Shown in pieces: positions 20,751 to 30,031 of a stretch of 49,005 nucleotides of DNA (position 1 is its first letter; each line of letters opens with the position of its first letter). This stretch comes from Sumerlaeia bacterium (GTDB lineage Bacteria; Sumerlaeota; Sumerlaeia; SLMS01; JAHLLQ01), in NCBI GenBank assembly GCA_040219255.1, contig JAVJSW010000040.1, forward strand, positions 1-49,005, given 5' to 3'. The notes beneath the pieces were generated by a model that ran no database searches, was not told the DNA's origin, and saw only the letters and a list, made by a program, of their open reading frames with translations. A program made the translations under genes and the position numbers.

Positions 20751-21527
20751 ATGGATTCCCAAGGAAATCTCCAGTTCACGGTCAAAGACCGCATCGGCGG
20801 CCAACCGCTGACGGCTTGGAATGCGGGCCTGTCCTTGCTCAGGGAGTTCCTCTCGGAGATCGAGACTTTCATCAAGGGCGACGATACGAGAGCGACGCTC
20901 GCCAACGCGACGGCTTCTGTGGAGAGCGGATCGCTCAAAGTCGTGGTCACTCTTCCGCAACCGCAGTTGGAGAACGTGCGATCTGATCTCGAGCATCTCC
21001 AGCAAACCGGCGACCTGGACGCGATTCAGGTTCGGCGCGCCCAGGTAATCGAAAAATGGCAGGCGCGCTCACGCCGCAATCCAGATCGGTCTTACACGAT
21101 GTCCGCCCCCGCAGGCCCGACTGTGAGAGTTCTTGGCGAAAGCCATTTCACCCATTCGGGCCACGGAACCTGGGTTCCGGTGGAGAAGTATCTGACCGGA
21201 ACGGTAATGGACCTGGGTGGCAAAAAATCCCCCACCGTCTTACTCGTCCCCCTGGATTCAAAGGAATCCATCGTGATTGCATCGACCGCCGAGCAGTTGG
21301 CCTCGGAACCGGACAACCACCTCTACAAGACTGTCACGCTCCGCGTTTCAGCGGAACAGCATCTGGTCACCGGGAAGCTGCGCAACCTCAGGCTCATCGA
21401 ATTCCTGGCGCTCCCTCCAGTTGTCGACGAAGCGGCCCTGGCCAGTCTGTGGGAGAAGGGACAACAAGCCTGGAGCGAGGTCTCTTCCGGTGCGCTCTGG
21501 GTCGAGCACCTGCGGGGGAATGTGTAG
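20751..21527 (+). CDS. Hypothetical protein, possible partner/antitoxin of the PIN protein
   Basis: AGGAG upstream of ATG 20751; ends 3 nt before the PIN gene; no motif recognised. Confidence 0.65.
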   Translation: MDSQGNLQFTVKDRIGGQPLTAWNAGLSLLREFLSEIETFIKGDDTRATLANATASVESGSLKVVVTLPQPQLENVRSDLEHLQQTGDLDAIQVRRAQVIEKWQARSRRNPDRSYTMSAPAGPTVRVLGESHFTHSGHGTWVPVEKYLTGTVMDLGGKKSPTVLLVPLDSKESIVIASTAEQLASEPDNHLYKTVTLRVSAEQHLVTGKLRNLRLIEFLALPPVVDEAALASLWEKGQQAWSEVSSGALWVEHLRGNV

Positions 21528-21530
21528 CGG

Positions 21531-22034
21531 ATGGCTCGGCAGGTAAGTCTCGACACCAGTTTCCTCATCTCCTTCGCCGATCCGACCCGAGCCAACCATG
21601 CCGTCGCCGTACACTACTTCCGCCATTGCCAGGCAGAGTCGATTCCCATGTGGCTGTCCGTCATCGCGGCGGGGGAATTCGAGGTCAAGCAGCCGGTAAC
21701 CGACCTGCCACTTTCTAGCTTTCGCATTCACACCTACCAGCTTCCACACGCTCTGCGGGCCGCCCGTCTCTTCCGGCACATCCACGAAAGAACGGAGGCC
21801 ACCGCCCACGGCACGCGCCGTGTGATCGTCAATGACTTGAAGCTTATCGCCCAGGCCGCCGAAGAGGCCATACCCACCATTCTGACAGAAGACAAGAACA
21901 CCCTGCATAAGCTCTGCCTGATGCTGAACGAGGCGGGGCTTTGCGCTGTCCGTCCCCTGCTTCTCGCCGACGGATTTCAACCGTGGACTTTGGCGAGTCC
22001 GGACGGAGCTACCTACCCCAGCGCCCCCTCGTAA
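21531..22034 (+). CDS. PIN-domain (VapC-like) nuclease
   Basis: Acidic tetrad positions: LDTSFLI, AGEF, NDLKLIAQA, LTED. Confidence 0.75.
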   Translation: MARQVSLDTSFLISFADPTRANHAVAVHYFRHCQAESIPMWLSVIAAGEFEVKQPVTDLPLSSFRIHTYQLPHALRAARLFRHIHERTEATAHGTRRVIVNDLKLIAQAAEEAIPTILTEDKNTLHKLCLMLNEAGLCAVRPLLLADGFQPWTLASPDGATYPSAPS

Positions 22035-23122
22035 ATCTCCAGCGTCCGCCGTACCATCCGGTCCTGGGTGAACTCGGCGATGTCCGTCCGGTTGGCCGAG
22101 CGCATCGCCGTGCGTTCGTCCGGGCGCCGGCAGATGCGTTCGAGCGCCGCCGTCAGGGCGCCCTCGTCCAAAGGGGGCAGAATCAGGCCGTTGCGCTCGT
22201 GGCGCAGGCATTCGCGGGCGCCGCCGACGTCGCTGACCACCAGCGGCAGCCCCGCCGCCATGGCTTCCAGAATGGCGTTCGAAAACCCTTCCTGGCGCGA
22301 CGGCAGCACGAACACGTCCGACCCCCCCATGATGCGCGGGATGTCGTTGCGCCGGCCGGCGAAAGTCACCGAGCCGTCCAGCCCCAGCGAGTCCTTCTTC
22401 TGCTCCAGGTCCTCGCGCAGATCGCCCTCGCCCACCATCAGCAGCCGAGCCTGCGGATAGTCCTGGCGCAGGCGGGCGAAGGCCGACAGCAGTTGATGCT
22501 GGTTCTTTTCGCTCGAAAGCCGCGCCGCGTGCAGCAGCACCAGCGAATCTTGTGGCAGCCCGAATTCCTGCCGCAGCCATCCCCGGCAATCCTCCGGGTC
22601 GAGCGCCTCGAAGGGTTCGGTCTCCACCCCGTTGTGCAGCACGATCAGCCGCCGCGGCGCCAATGGCCAGAGCGCGTGCCGGATATCCATCGCGACCGCC
22701 TCCGACACCGCCAGCATGCCCGTCCGGAATTGCCCTAGAATGCGATCGGCCCAGACCCACGAGGCCTTGCGGTAGGTCCCCACCAGGTGGATCTGGGCGA
22801 AAACCGCCTTCACCCCCGCCAGCCGCGCCGCCACCGTGGCGGGGGCGTTCTGGCGGAACAGGTGGGAATGCACCACGTCCGGTCCGATTTCCCGCAGCAA
22901 CCCCGCCATCGCCCGAATGTCCTCGCGGTTGCGCCAATGCCGCACCGGCACCAGTTCGACGCGGACGCCTTGCTCGCGCAGGAAGTCCGCGTTCGGCCCC
23001 TCCGTCTCGGTGCAGATCACCGTCACCTCGTGGCCGCGGCGCACCAAATCCTGCGCCACACGCGCCAACCGCAGTTGGACGCCGCCGTGACGAAGCTCGT
23101 TGATGACCCGGACGATTTTCAC
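22013..23122 (-). CDS. Glycosyltransferase family 4
   Basis: GTG start KIVRVINELRHGG; PDVVHSH; ARLSSEKN; DVFVLPSRQEGFSNAILEAMAAG (E-x7-E). Confidence 0.93.
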   Translation of the reverse strand: MKIVRVINELRHGGVQLRLARVAQDLVRRGHEVTVICTETEGPNADFLREQGVRVELVPVRHWRNREDIRAMAGLLREIGPDVVHSHLFRQNAPATVAARLAGVKAVFAQIHLVGTYRKASWVWADRILGQFRTGMLAVSEAVAMDIRHALWPLAPRRLIVLHNGVETEPFEALDPEDCRGWLRQEFGLPQDSLVLLHAARLSSEKNQHQLLSAFARLRQDYPQARLLMVGEGDLREDLEQKKDSLGLDGSVTFAGRRNDIPRIMGGSDVFVLPSRQEGFSNAILEAMAAGLPLVVSDVGGARECLRHERNGLILPPLDEGALTAALERICRRPDERTAMRSANRTDIAEFTQDRMVRRTLEIYEGALG

Positions 23123-23300
23123 TCGCTGACCCCGTGCGTGCGGTGCGCTGACCCCAATGGCAATGGCGGCATGACAGGGCAAGTGCCCCGCCCAAAGCAA
23201 GGCTAAGGAACGGCACCGGCCCGCCCAATTGACTCCCGCGCGACTTTCCGGCTTGCGCGCCCGAGGACGAATCCCCACCATCCCGCCTATTATCAAAGGG

Positions 23301-25532
23301 ATGAAACAAATGCTCCGAAGCGCCTCCCTTTTCTTTCCGCCCCCCCTTTTTTTTCCGCTCCTTCTTCTTTTCGCCTCCACCGCCCCCGCCGCCGGGGTCG
23401 TCAGCGACATGGCTGACCCATCTCTCCTCGGCATCCAACAGATCTTTCTCGATGACGCCGAGGGCGGCCAGCGCGGCCAACCGGTCAAGGCCGGCGATTT
23501 CGACGGCGACGGCTCCATGGACTCCGTCGCCCTCCCCTTCTACGCCCATCAGCGCAACGAGAGCGGCCAGCTCATCCACTCCCGCAACGGCAAGGCCATC
23601 GTCTTTTTTGGCGACGGCACCACCTCCGGCACCATCGACAACGCGACCTACACCGGCCGCAGGCTCGAAATCGTCGGCGCCGTCGACTCCGCCATTCTCG
23701 GCGTCGAAAGCGAGGCCGGCGACCTGGACGGAGACGGCTACGACGACCTGATCCTCGGCTCGACCCAGGGCCTGTTCCGCGACGAACCGGGTGCCGCCGG
23801 GGCCGGCGAAGTCGTCGTCCTCTATGGCAACCCGGATTGGGGTAATGGCCTGAGAAACCTGGATTTGGCCGAACTGCCCGCCAGCCAGCGGGCGCGCTTC
23901 TATGTCGGCCCGGGGCCCCTCGACCGCATGGGAGCCTGGCTTCGTATCGCGGATTTGGACGGCGATGGCTGCCAGGACCTTATCATGTCCGTCGACCTGT
24001 CGGACGGCGTCGTCGATGAGAGCCGCAATTCCGGCGCGCTCGCCATCGCCTGGGGCCGCGGTATGGATCGCGGAGGGATGACCCGCGTCACCGATGTCCC
24101 GACCTCGCACCAGATGACCATGATCTTTGGCGTGGACCGCGACGACTTGTTTGCCGCCACCCACACCGTTGGCGATTGGGATGGAGACGGCCGGCTGGAC
24201 CTGGCTGTCGCGGCCGGCGTGTCCCGCTCCGGCCTCCAAACCGTCAACGAACTCCAATACTCCGCCTCCGGCGGCGGCGATGGCCCCCCGGGCGACTCCC
24301 GCTTCGACGCGGGCGAAGTCACAATCCTCTGGGACGCCGGGCGCCTGCGCTCCTTCCCCGTCGTATTCACCGCCTTCGAACTGCCCGCCGGACTCGACAT
24401 GACCGTCGTCTACGGCGACGTGGTGAACGGAAAATTCGGCGAAGAAATCGTCGCCGGAGACCTCGATGGCGACGGCACCCAGGACCTCATCGTCGGCGCC
24501 CTGAATGCGTTCAACTCCGCCGGCGAGGGCTACGTCGTCTTCGGCGGGCCGCTGCTGCGCTCGATCGGCACCTTCGACATCCGCAATCCCGCCCCGGGCC
24601 TCGACCTGTGGCGCTTTCCCGGCCCCCACAACAGCGCCATCGCCGCCGATACCCTCCACGTGGGCGACGTCAATCGCGACGGCATCCACGACCTCTTCTA
24701 CGCCGTGCCCCAGGGCAACGTGCGCCTGCCCGACCGCCGGTTGAGCAACGGCGGCCACTCCATCCTGATCTATGGCAGCCCGGTTTTGCGAACCATCGAC
24801 GACATCTCCTATCGCGTCGGCGAGAGCGACGAAGGCCCCGCCGGCATTGTCTGGGATCGCGAACCCGAATTCCTCTGGACCGTCCTGACCGCCATCGACA
24901 GCGGCGACCTCTTCGCTTACTCGGCTTACGTCAAGGACATGACCAACGACGGCGTGCCGGATTACCTGCCCAATTCGATGCAGGGCGACGGCTTTGACAA
25001 CGCCTTCCGCAACGCGGGCGAGTTTTTCGTGGTGGATGGGTGGGAACTGAGCCGCCGGGCCGCGGCGCCGAGGGATGTGGCCGGCAGCGGCGAAAATGGG
25101 CTCGTATGGAACGCGAGCCAGCCCGTCCTCGGCCAGACCGAAGTCTATCAGGTTTGGATTCGGAATGAAGACGCGAGTACCACGACCGTCGCGGTCACGG
25201 TGAGGGATGACGAGGACGCGGTCCCCTACCTGCATGAGGCCTCGCCGGGCCAATTCCCCATGGCGGTGCGGGCTGTGCAGCGAGACCGGGAAGGCGAGAC
25301 CCGGTACTCCGAATGGGCCTGGCGCGAGAACGCCGAGCCCATCCTCAGCCCGGACCCCAACCCGCTACCCAAGCTCGCACCGCCGCGCATGCAGGTCGCC
25401 AACATCGCCGAACTCCTCAACCCGCTGCTCTTCCAGGCGAACGACTGCACCCCCGCGTACTTCGACGGCAGCGGCGACCACCTGATCGACATCGCCGATT
25501 TCCTGCGCGCCGAGCGGGTGGAACTGCCCTGA
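23301..25532 (+). CDS. Secreted FG-GAP (integrin-alpha-like) repeat protein with C-terminal dockerin-like motif
   Basis: Signal peptide; repeated GDFDGDG/GDLDGDGYDDLILG/ADLDGDG/GDWDGDG/GDVNRDG with AGEVVVLYG-type motifs; C-terminal DGSGDHLIDIADFL. Confidence 0.88.
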   Translation: MKQMLRSASLFFPPPLFFPLLLLFASTAPAAGVVSDMADPSLLGIQQIFLDDAEGGQRGQPVKAGDFDGDGSMDSVALPFYAHQRNESGQLIHSRNGKAIVFFGDGTTSGTIDNATYTGRRLEIVGAVDSAILGVESEAGDLDGDGYDDLILGSTQGLFRDEPGAAGAGEVVVLYGNPDWGNGLRNLDLAELPASQRARFYVGPGPLDRMGAWLRIADLDGDGCQDLIMSVDLSDGVVDESRNSGALAIAWGRGMDRGGMTRVTDVPTSHQMTMIFGVDRDDLFAATHTVGDWDGDGRLDLAVAAGVSRSGLQTVNELQYSASGGGDGPPGDSRFDAGEVTILWDAGRLRSFPVVFTAFELPAGLDMTVVYGDVVNGKFGEEIVAGDLDGDGTQDLIVGALNAFNSAGEGYVVFGGPLLRSIGTFDIRNPAPGLDLWRFPGPHNSAIAADTLHVGDVNRDGIHDLFYAVPQGNVRLPDRRLSNGGHSILIYGSPVLRTIDDISYRVGESDEGPAGIVWDREPEFLWTVLTAIDSGDLFAYSAYVKDMTNDGVPDYLPNSMQGDGFDNAFRNAGEFFVVDGWELSRRAAAPRDVAGSGENGLVWNASQPVLGQTEVYQVWIRNEDASTTTVAVTVRDDEDAVPYLHEASPGQFPMAVRAVQRDREGETRYSEWAWRENAEPILSPDPNPLPKLAPPRMQVANIAELLNPLLFQANDCTPAYFDGSGDHLIDIADFLRAERVELP

Positions 25533-25542
25533 CGGCGGGCCG

Positions 25543-25595
25543 CCACCCCAAACCCAACGCCCCCCCATTCCGCTTGAACGCGCCAAGACAAGCAC
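25543..25595. repeat. Degenerate direct repeat of 25934-25985
   Basis: CCACCCC.AACCCAACGCCCCCC(C)ATTCCGC.TGAACGCG......CAAGCAC is present at both positions. Confidence 0.75.
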
Positions 25596-25621
25596 TCCTC
25601 GAAAGAGAACGCCGATTCAAG

Positions 25622-25723
25622 GTGACATGGCCGTCCCGGCCATGATCAGCCGCGCTTTCCCAATCTCTGAAAATGCTTGGGTTGAGAACGCTGGCCGATC
25701 ACGGGCGGGACGCCCCGTGCTAC
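25622..25723. repeat. REPIN-like inverted REP pair (type A)
   Basis: GTGACATGGCCGTCCCGGCCATG ... CACGGGCGGGACGCCCCGTGCTAC; each arm is palindromic, the right arm ends in CTAC (GTAG on the minus strand), and the interior is partly self-complementary. Confidence 0.7.
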
Positions 25724-25905
25724 CTTTTCACGAACAATTGTTTCAGGAACGACTCGACAAGCACGCGGAATGCGGCACGCCCGCGCCACACCGTTAAAAC
25801 CCACAGGTTTAACCGCCCTTAGGCACGCGACAGCGCGCCGCCTCTCCCGTAGGCTTCACTCAATCCAACTCGGGAAAGGCAGCACCCATCATGACCGCGC
25901 CGTTC

Positions 25906-25979
25906 GTAGTCCCGCCTTTAGGCGGAAAAAGTCCCACCCCGAACCCAACGCCCCCCATTCCGCGTGAACGCGGGACTAC
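25906..25979. repeat. REPIN-like inverted REP pair (type B)
   Basis: GTAGTCCCGCCTTTAGGCGG ... CCGCGTGAACGCGGGACTAC; GTAG/CTAC ends with palindromic arms. Confidence 0.75.
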
Positions 25980-26022
25980 AAGCACGCAGGACAAAGCACG
26001 GCCACTTCGATCGAACGACCGA

Positions 26023-27045
26023 TCAGCGATTCAGAACGTAGCTGAAAATCAACGGCGCCACGATCGAAGCGTCGCTGTTGATCATGAACTTCGGCGTGTC
26101 CGCGTCGAGCTTGTACCAGGTGATCTTCTCGTTCGGCACGGCGCCGCTGTAGGAGCCGTAGCTGGTGGTCGAGTCGCTGATCTGAGCGAAGTACGCCCAC
26201 AGCGGCAAGTCGTCCATCTTCATGTCCTGGATCAGCATCGGCACCACGCAGATGGGGAAGTCCCCAGCGATGCCGCCGCCGATCTGGAAGAAGCCGATAG
26301 GCACATTGACGTCGGCGTGGGCCATATACCAGCGGGCGAGCTTTTCGAGCTGCTCGGTGCCGGTCCGCAGGGCCCGGTGGCTGGCGACGCGGCCCTGCAT
26401 CACGGCGGCGGTGAAGATGTTGCCGTGGGTGCAGTCTTCCCAGCCGGGGGTGAAGATCGGCAGGTTCTTTTCCTTCGCCGCCAGCACCCAGCTGTCCTCC
26501 GGCGGAACCTGATAATGCTCGCTGAGACCGGGAGTGTCGAGCAGCGCGTAAACGAACTCGTAGGGGAACTTGGGCTCGTTGTTCACCGCCGCGTCGTTCC
26601 AGAGTTTGGTCAGGATCTTCTCGGTGTGGCGCATCACCGTTTCCGGGATGCAGGTATCGGTGACGCGGTTGAAGCCCTGATCGCGGAGGGCCACTTCCTC
26701 CTCGACGGAGAGGGCGCGCCAGTCCTCGACGACCCGGTAGTCATTGTGGGCGAACAGGTTGAAGACGTCTTCCTCGAGGTTGGCGGCGGTGCAGCAAATC
26801 GCGTGGACTTTGTCCTGGCGGATCATTTCCGCGAGACTGACGCCCAGCTCCGCGGTGGACATGGCGCCCGCCATGGTCAGGAGCATCTCGCCCCCGCCAT
26901 CGAGCAGGTCCCGCCAGGCCATGGCCGCCGCGACCATTTCGCGGGCGTTGAAGTGCCGGTAGTTGTGCTCCATGAAGTGCGAAATCGGTCCCGCCGCCGC
27001 GCTTTGGCCGGTCGTCGAGGAAGGTGCGTGATCGGTGCTCGTCAT
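26023..27045 (-). CDS. Deoxyhypusine synthase-family protein (probably homospermidine synthesis)
   Basis: AGAMSTAELG, TAANLEED, NRVTD, IGGGIAGDF, SYGSYSGAVPNEKITWYK, SDASIVAP. Confidence 0.9.
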   Translation of the reverse strand: MTSTDHAPSSTTGQSAAAGPISHFMEHNYRHFNAREMVAAAMAWRDLLDGGGEMLLTMAGAMSTAELGVSLAEMIRQDKVHAICCTAANLEEDVFNLFAHNDYRVVEDWRALSVEEEVALRDQGFNRVTDTCIPETVMRHTEKILTKLWNDAAVNNEPKFPYEFVYALLDTPGLSEHYQVPPEDSWVLAAKEKNLPIFTPGWEDCTHGNIFTAAVMQGRVASHRALRTGTEQLEKLARWYMAHADVNVPIGFFQIGGGIAGDFPICVVPMLIQDMKMDDLPLWAYFAQISDSTTSYGSYSGAVPNEKITWYKLDADTPKFMINSDASIVAPLIFSYVLNR

Positions 27046-27283
27046 TTGGGGTCTTCCCTGTCCTTTTCATTGAAAAAATCTCTCTGGAAGAGCCTGGCGA
27101 GGCTAGGCTCCGGCCGGACGAAATCAAGCCAAGTTTTCGCCCCGGGACCCCGCGAACGCGCCGGGCCAACTTTGTTCCCTCGAACGCGAGGCGTGGTCTT
27201 GACCTCTCGCCAAAAGGACGCCATAAATTATCCTGTCTTGCCACGGCAGCCCCCCTCCTCGATCCCGCCAGGACTCCACGCCC

Positions 27284-27727
27284 ATGTCCAAAGCCTCCGA
27301 AGAAGACATCACCTTGGCGGCTCCCGAAGCTCCCACTCCGCGGGCGCACGCGGTCCGAACCTTTATGTTCGCCCTCTCCAGCGACGAGGGCCCACGCCTC
27401 ATCGCCTTCCGCATGAGCAATGTCCTGATCGGCCGCCTGCCCGACAACCATCTGACCCTCAATCATGGCAGTGTGTCGCGCCGCCACGCCCGCATTTCCG
27501 TCACCCAGCGCGGTGTCATGATCCAGGATATGGGAAGCCAGAACGGGACCACCATCAACGGCGAACCGGTCGAGCAGCAGGAAACGCCCCTGCGCCCCGG
27601 CGACGTGCTCCGCATCGGCCACGTGCCGATGTTCTACTTCGGTTTCGTCCAGCCCGACAGCCCCCCCGCCCTCGAGGAGGTCGACAGCGCCATCGTCATC
27701 ACGCCGACGCTGCCCGCCCTGATGTAG
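27284..27727 (+). CDS. FHA domain protein
   Basis: IGR...SVSRRHA...DMGSQNGT...LRPGDVLRIG. Confidence 0.92.
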   Translation: MSKASEEDITLAAPEAPTPRAHAVRTFMFALSSDEGPRLIAFRMSNVLIGRLPDNHLTLNHGSVSRRHARISVTQRGVMIQDMGSQNGTTINGEPVEQQETPLRPGDVLRIGHVPMFYFGFVQPDSPPALEEVDSAIVITPTLPALM

Positions 27728-28604
27728 CCGTGGCGGGCTCCTGGCGCTCCTCCAGGCGCGCCGCCCCTTCTTCCGCCCGCCGCGACTCGCGCGCCGCCAA
27801 CTCCATTTCCCCCTGCGCTTCCAGCGTCCGCGCGATCAAGCGCCGCACCCGTACCATGGGCCAAGGCTCGATCCCCTCCTTCTGGAACGCCTCGCGCCGG
27901 CCCCAGGTGCGCTCGCCCCCCGCGTACTCCAGCCATTGGGGCGGCTCCTGCTCCGCCTCCTTCTCCGCCGGCACACTGAAGTTCGCCCGCAGATCGTCGA
28001 GCATTTTCTCCAGCAGCGAGCGCGCCTCGCTCGTGGCGCCCTGGCGCAAGAGATCCTCGGCCCGCCGGGCCCCGGCATCCGCCAGCAACTCGCCACTCGT
28101 GTCGAAAGCCGCTTTTCGAAGCGCCTTGCCGTAGCAGGAGGCCGCCAGAGCCGCCTCGCCCGATTCCTCCGCCACCCGGCCCTGCTCCATCAGCAACGCC
28201 GCAGCACCCGGGTGGGTCAGGCCGTGGGCGCCTTCGAACGCTCCGATCGCTTCGCCAAAGAACCGCAGCGCCTGACTGGTGCGCCCCGTTTCGGCGCACA
28301 GGGCCGCCGCGTCCGCCAGCACCGCCGCCATGTCCCGGTGGTCCGGCGGCAGGATGCGCCGCAGGAGTTCAAGCGCCCGCTGCGTGGCATCGAGGGCCGC
28401 CTCGGCCCGGCCTCGGCCCTGTTCGGCTTTGGCCAGAAGGAGGAGTGAAGAGGCCAATCGGCGCCTTCCCGGCTCGTCCGCCGCCTCTTCGGCGAGGCGC
28501 ACACATCGCCTGGCCGCGTTTTCGGCAGCGTCGAAGGCCTTTCGCTTCACCGCCAGTTCGGCGGATTCGTAGTGTTCATGCCAGGTTTCAAGGGCGACAG
28601 TCAT
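27699..28604 (-). CDS. Tetratricopeptide repeat protein
   Basis: Ala/Leu-rich helical repeats with PDHRDMA and THPGAA turns typical of TPR_12-like repeats; convergent overlap with the FHA gene. Confidence 0.7.
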   Translation of the reverse strand: MTVALETWHEHYESAELAVKRKAFDAAENAARRCVRLAEEAADEPGRRRLASSLLLLAKAEQGRGRAEAALDATQRALELLRRILPPDHRDMAAVLADAAALCAETGRTSQALRFFGEAIGAFEGAHGLTHPGAAALLMEQGRVAEESGEAALAASCYGKALRKAAFDTSGELLADAGARRAEDLLRQGATSEARSLLEKMLDDLRANFSVPAEKEAEQEPPQWLEYAGGERTWGRREAFQKEGIEPWPMVRVRRLIARTLEAQGEMELAARESRRAEEGAARLEERQEPATATSGRAASA

Positions 28605-28923
28605 AGTGTTCTCCAGGAAGTGTCATACTTTCCCTGGGGCACCGCTTTCGGCGCGGAGCCTTGAGGAAAAATTTCTTCCAGAGTCACCGCAAAGCTCCTG
28701 CCAGATGACGAGAATGACTTATCAAAGGCTTGCTAAAGCTTGATTTTTCACAAGATAGAATCACGCGGACGGGCAATTTGGGGAGCCCCCGGCTCAAGTC
28801 AACGGGAAACCGACAAAATGAAAAAGGATTTGACAGTGAGGTGCGAGGGGTGGGGACTGTCTCGCTGATTGCCTGACAGACCGGGCACAGAACTGCACCC
28901 CGCCAACGGAGGCGACCCCCTAT

Positions 28924-29943
28924 ATGACGACATCGCTCTTTGCCACCCCGACCTCAGCCAAGGCGTCTTCCCTTCTGAAGACAACCTTCGCCGCAACCCT
29001 GTTCCCGGCCGCGCTGGCCGCCGCGGTCATCTGCTTCACCGCCGCGACCGCCCAGGCCCAAACCTCGGTCATCAACCCGAACTACAACCGCTGTGTGGCC
29101 AGAGCCTCCAGCGCCCCGAGCCAGGTCGTCTTCAGCAAGTCCGACAAAGCCTCCGCCATCGCCGAAGCCAATCAACGCGGGATTTCCGAAGCCGAGCAGT
29201 CCTGGACCTCCGGCGACCCGACCATCTATGTGTACGGTCTGAGAATGGGCAAGTACGATTTCGACGCGGAAACCGGCCTGCCGATCAAGCAAGTCGCCGG
29301 CTGCAAAGTCACCTCGGCCCAGGCTGAGTACGTCCGCGCCCACAACGCCCGCGTCCGCCAATTGATCCGCGAGAAGGGTCTGCCGACCACCAGCCGCATG
29401 AAGACCCTCGACAAGCTCGAGAACCCCGTCGCCGTCTACGACAACCGCCGCGCCCGCCGCACCCAACTCAAGCTCAACGGCGCCGCCATCACCTCGCCCG
29501 ACGGCCGTTTCAACGTGCGCTGGAGCACCGAGTCGAGCCATCTCGGCGCCAAGATGATTGTCGTCACCGACCGCCAAAGCAACTCCGTCTCCAAGTCCTA
29601 CTACTTCTACGATGGCCCGGTCTACGCCGTGTGGGGTCCGGAAGGCACGGACTCCGTTCTGCTCTGCGACAGCGACCGCCAGGAAGGCTTCGGCCGCCAG
29701 GTCAGCGTCGGCGCCCTCGATCTCGCCTCCGGTCTCTGGATCGCCGCCGAGAACACCACCCTGCCGCCGCTGGGCAACGAAGAGCGTCATCGCCACCTGG
29801 AGCAGCAGTACGCCCAGGCCCAGGCCGAGAAGGCCGCCGAGCGCGAAGCCGCCCAGCAGGTCGTCTATCGTCCCACCCACCGCACCGTCGGCAACCGCAC
29901 CATGAGTACCAGCGTCGCCGCCGTCGCGACTTCTTTCCGCTAA
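28924..29943 (+). CDS. Hypothetical secreted protein
   Basis: GGAGG RBS, strong C-ending codon bias, signal-like segment ending AQA-QT, terminator downstream. Confidence 0.75.
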   Translation: MTTSLFATPTSAKASSLLKTTFAATLFPAALAAAVICFTAATAQAQTSVINPNYNRCVARASSAPSQVVFSKSDKASAIAEANQRGISEAEQSWTSGDPTIYVYGLRMGKYDFDAETGLPIKQVAGCKVTSAQAEYVRAHNARVRQLIREKGLPTTSRMKTLDKLENPVAVYDNRRARRTQLKLNGAAITSPDGRFNVRWSTESSHLGAKMIVVTDRQSNSVSKSYYFYDGPVYAVWGPEGTDSVLLCDSDRQEGFGRQVSVGALDLASGLWIAAENTTLPPLGNEERHRHLEQQYAQAQAEKAAEREAAQQVVYRPTHRTVGNRTMSTSVAAVATSFR

Positions 29944-29998
29944 ATCCCAGGGGATAGGAAGCTCCCCACTTTCCATGATCCACGAGATTGATTGAGGG

Positions 29999-30024
29999 CC
30001 GGGTCCACGAGACCCGGTTTTTTT
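29999..30024 (+). terminator. Rho-independent terminator
   Basis: CCGGGTC-CACGA-GACCCGG followed by T7. Confidence 0.8.
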
Positions 30025-30031
30025 GTGCCTG

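Noticed and set aside
21348-25253. 1301-aa minus-strand ORF
   Set aside because: Shadow frame over the FG-GAP, GT4 and PIN genes; no motifs; expected in high-GC DNA.
25540-25990. Possible CRISPR array
   Set aside because: Only two degenerate copies, no regular spacers, no cas genes; better explained as REPs.
25891-28134. 747-aa plus-strand ORF
   Set aside because: Crosses the DHS, FHA and TPR genes and REP DNA; no coherent domain.
28620-28920. Possible riboswitch (GCAAAGC, CCGGGCAC fragments) upstream of the secreted protein
   Set aside because: Could not assemble a c-di-GMP or other consensus fold by eye; an Rfam/Infernal scan would decide.
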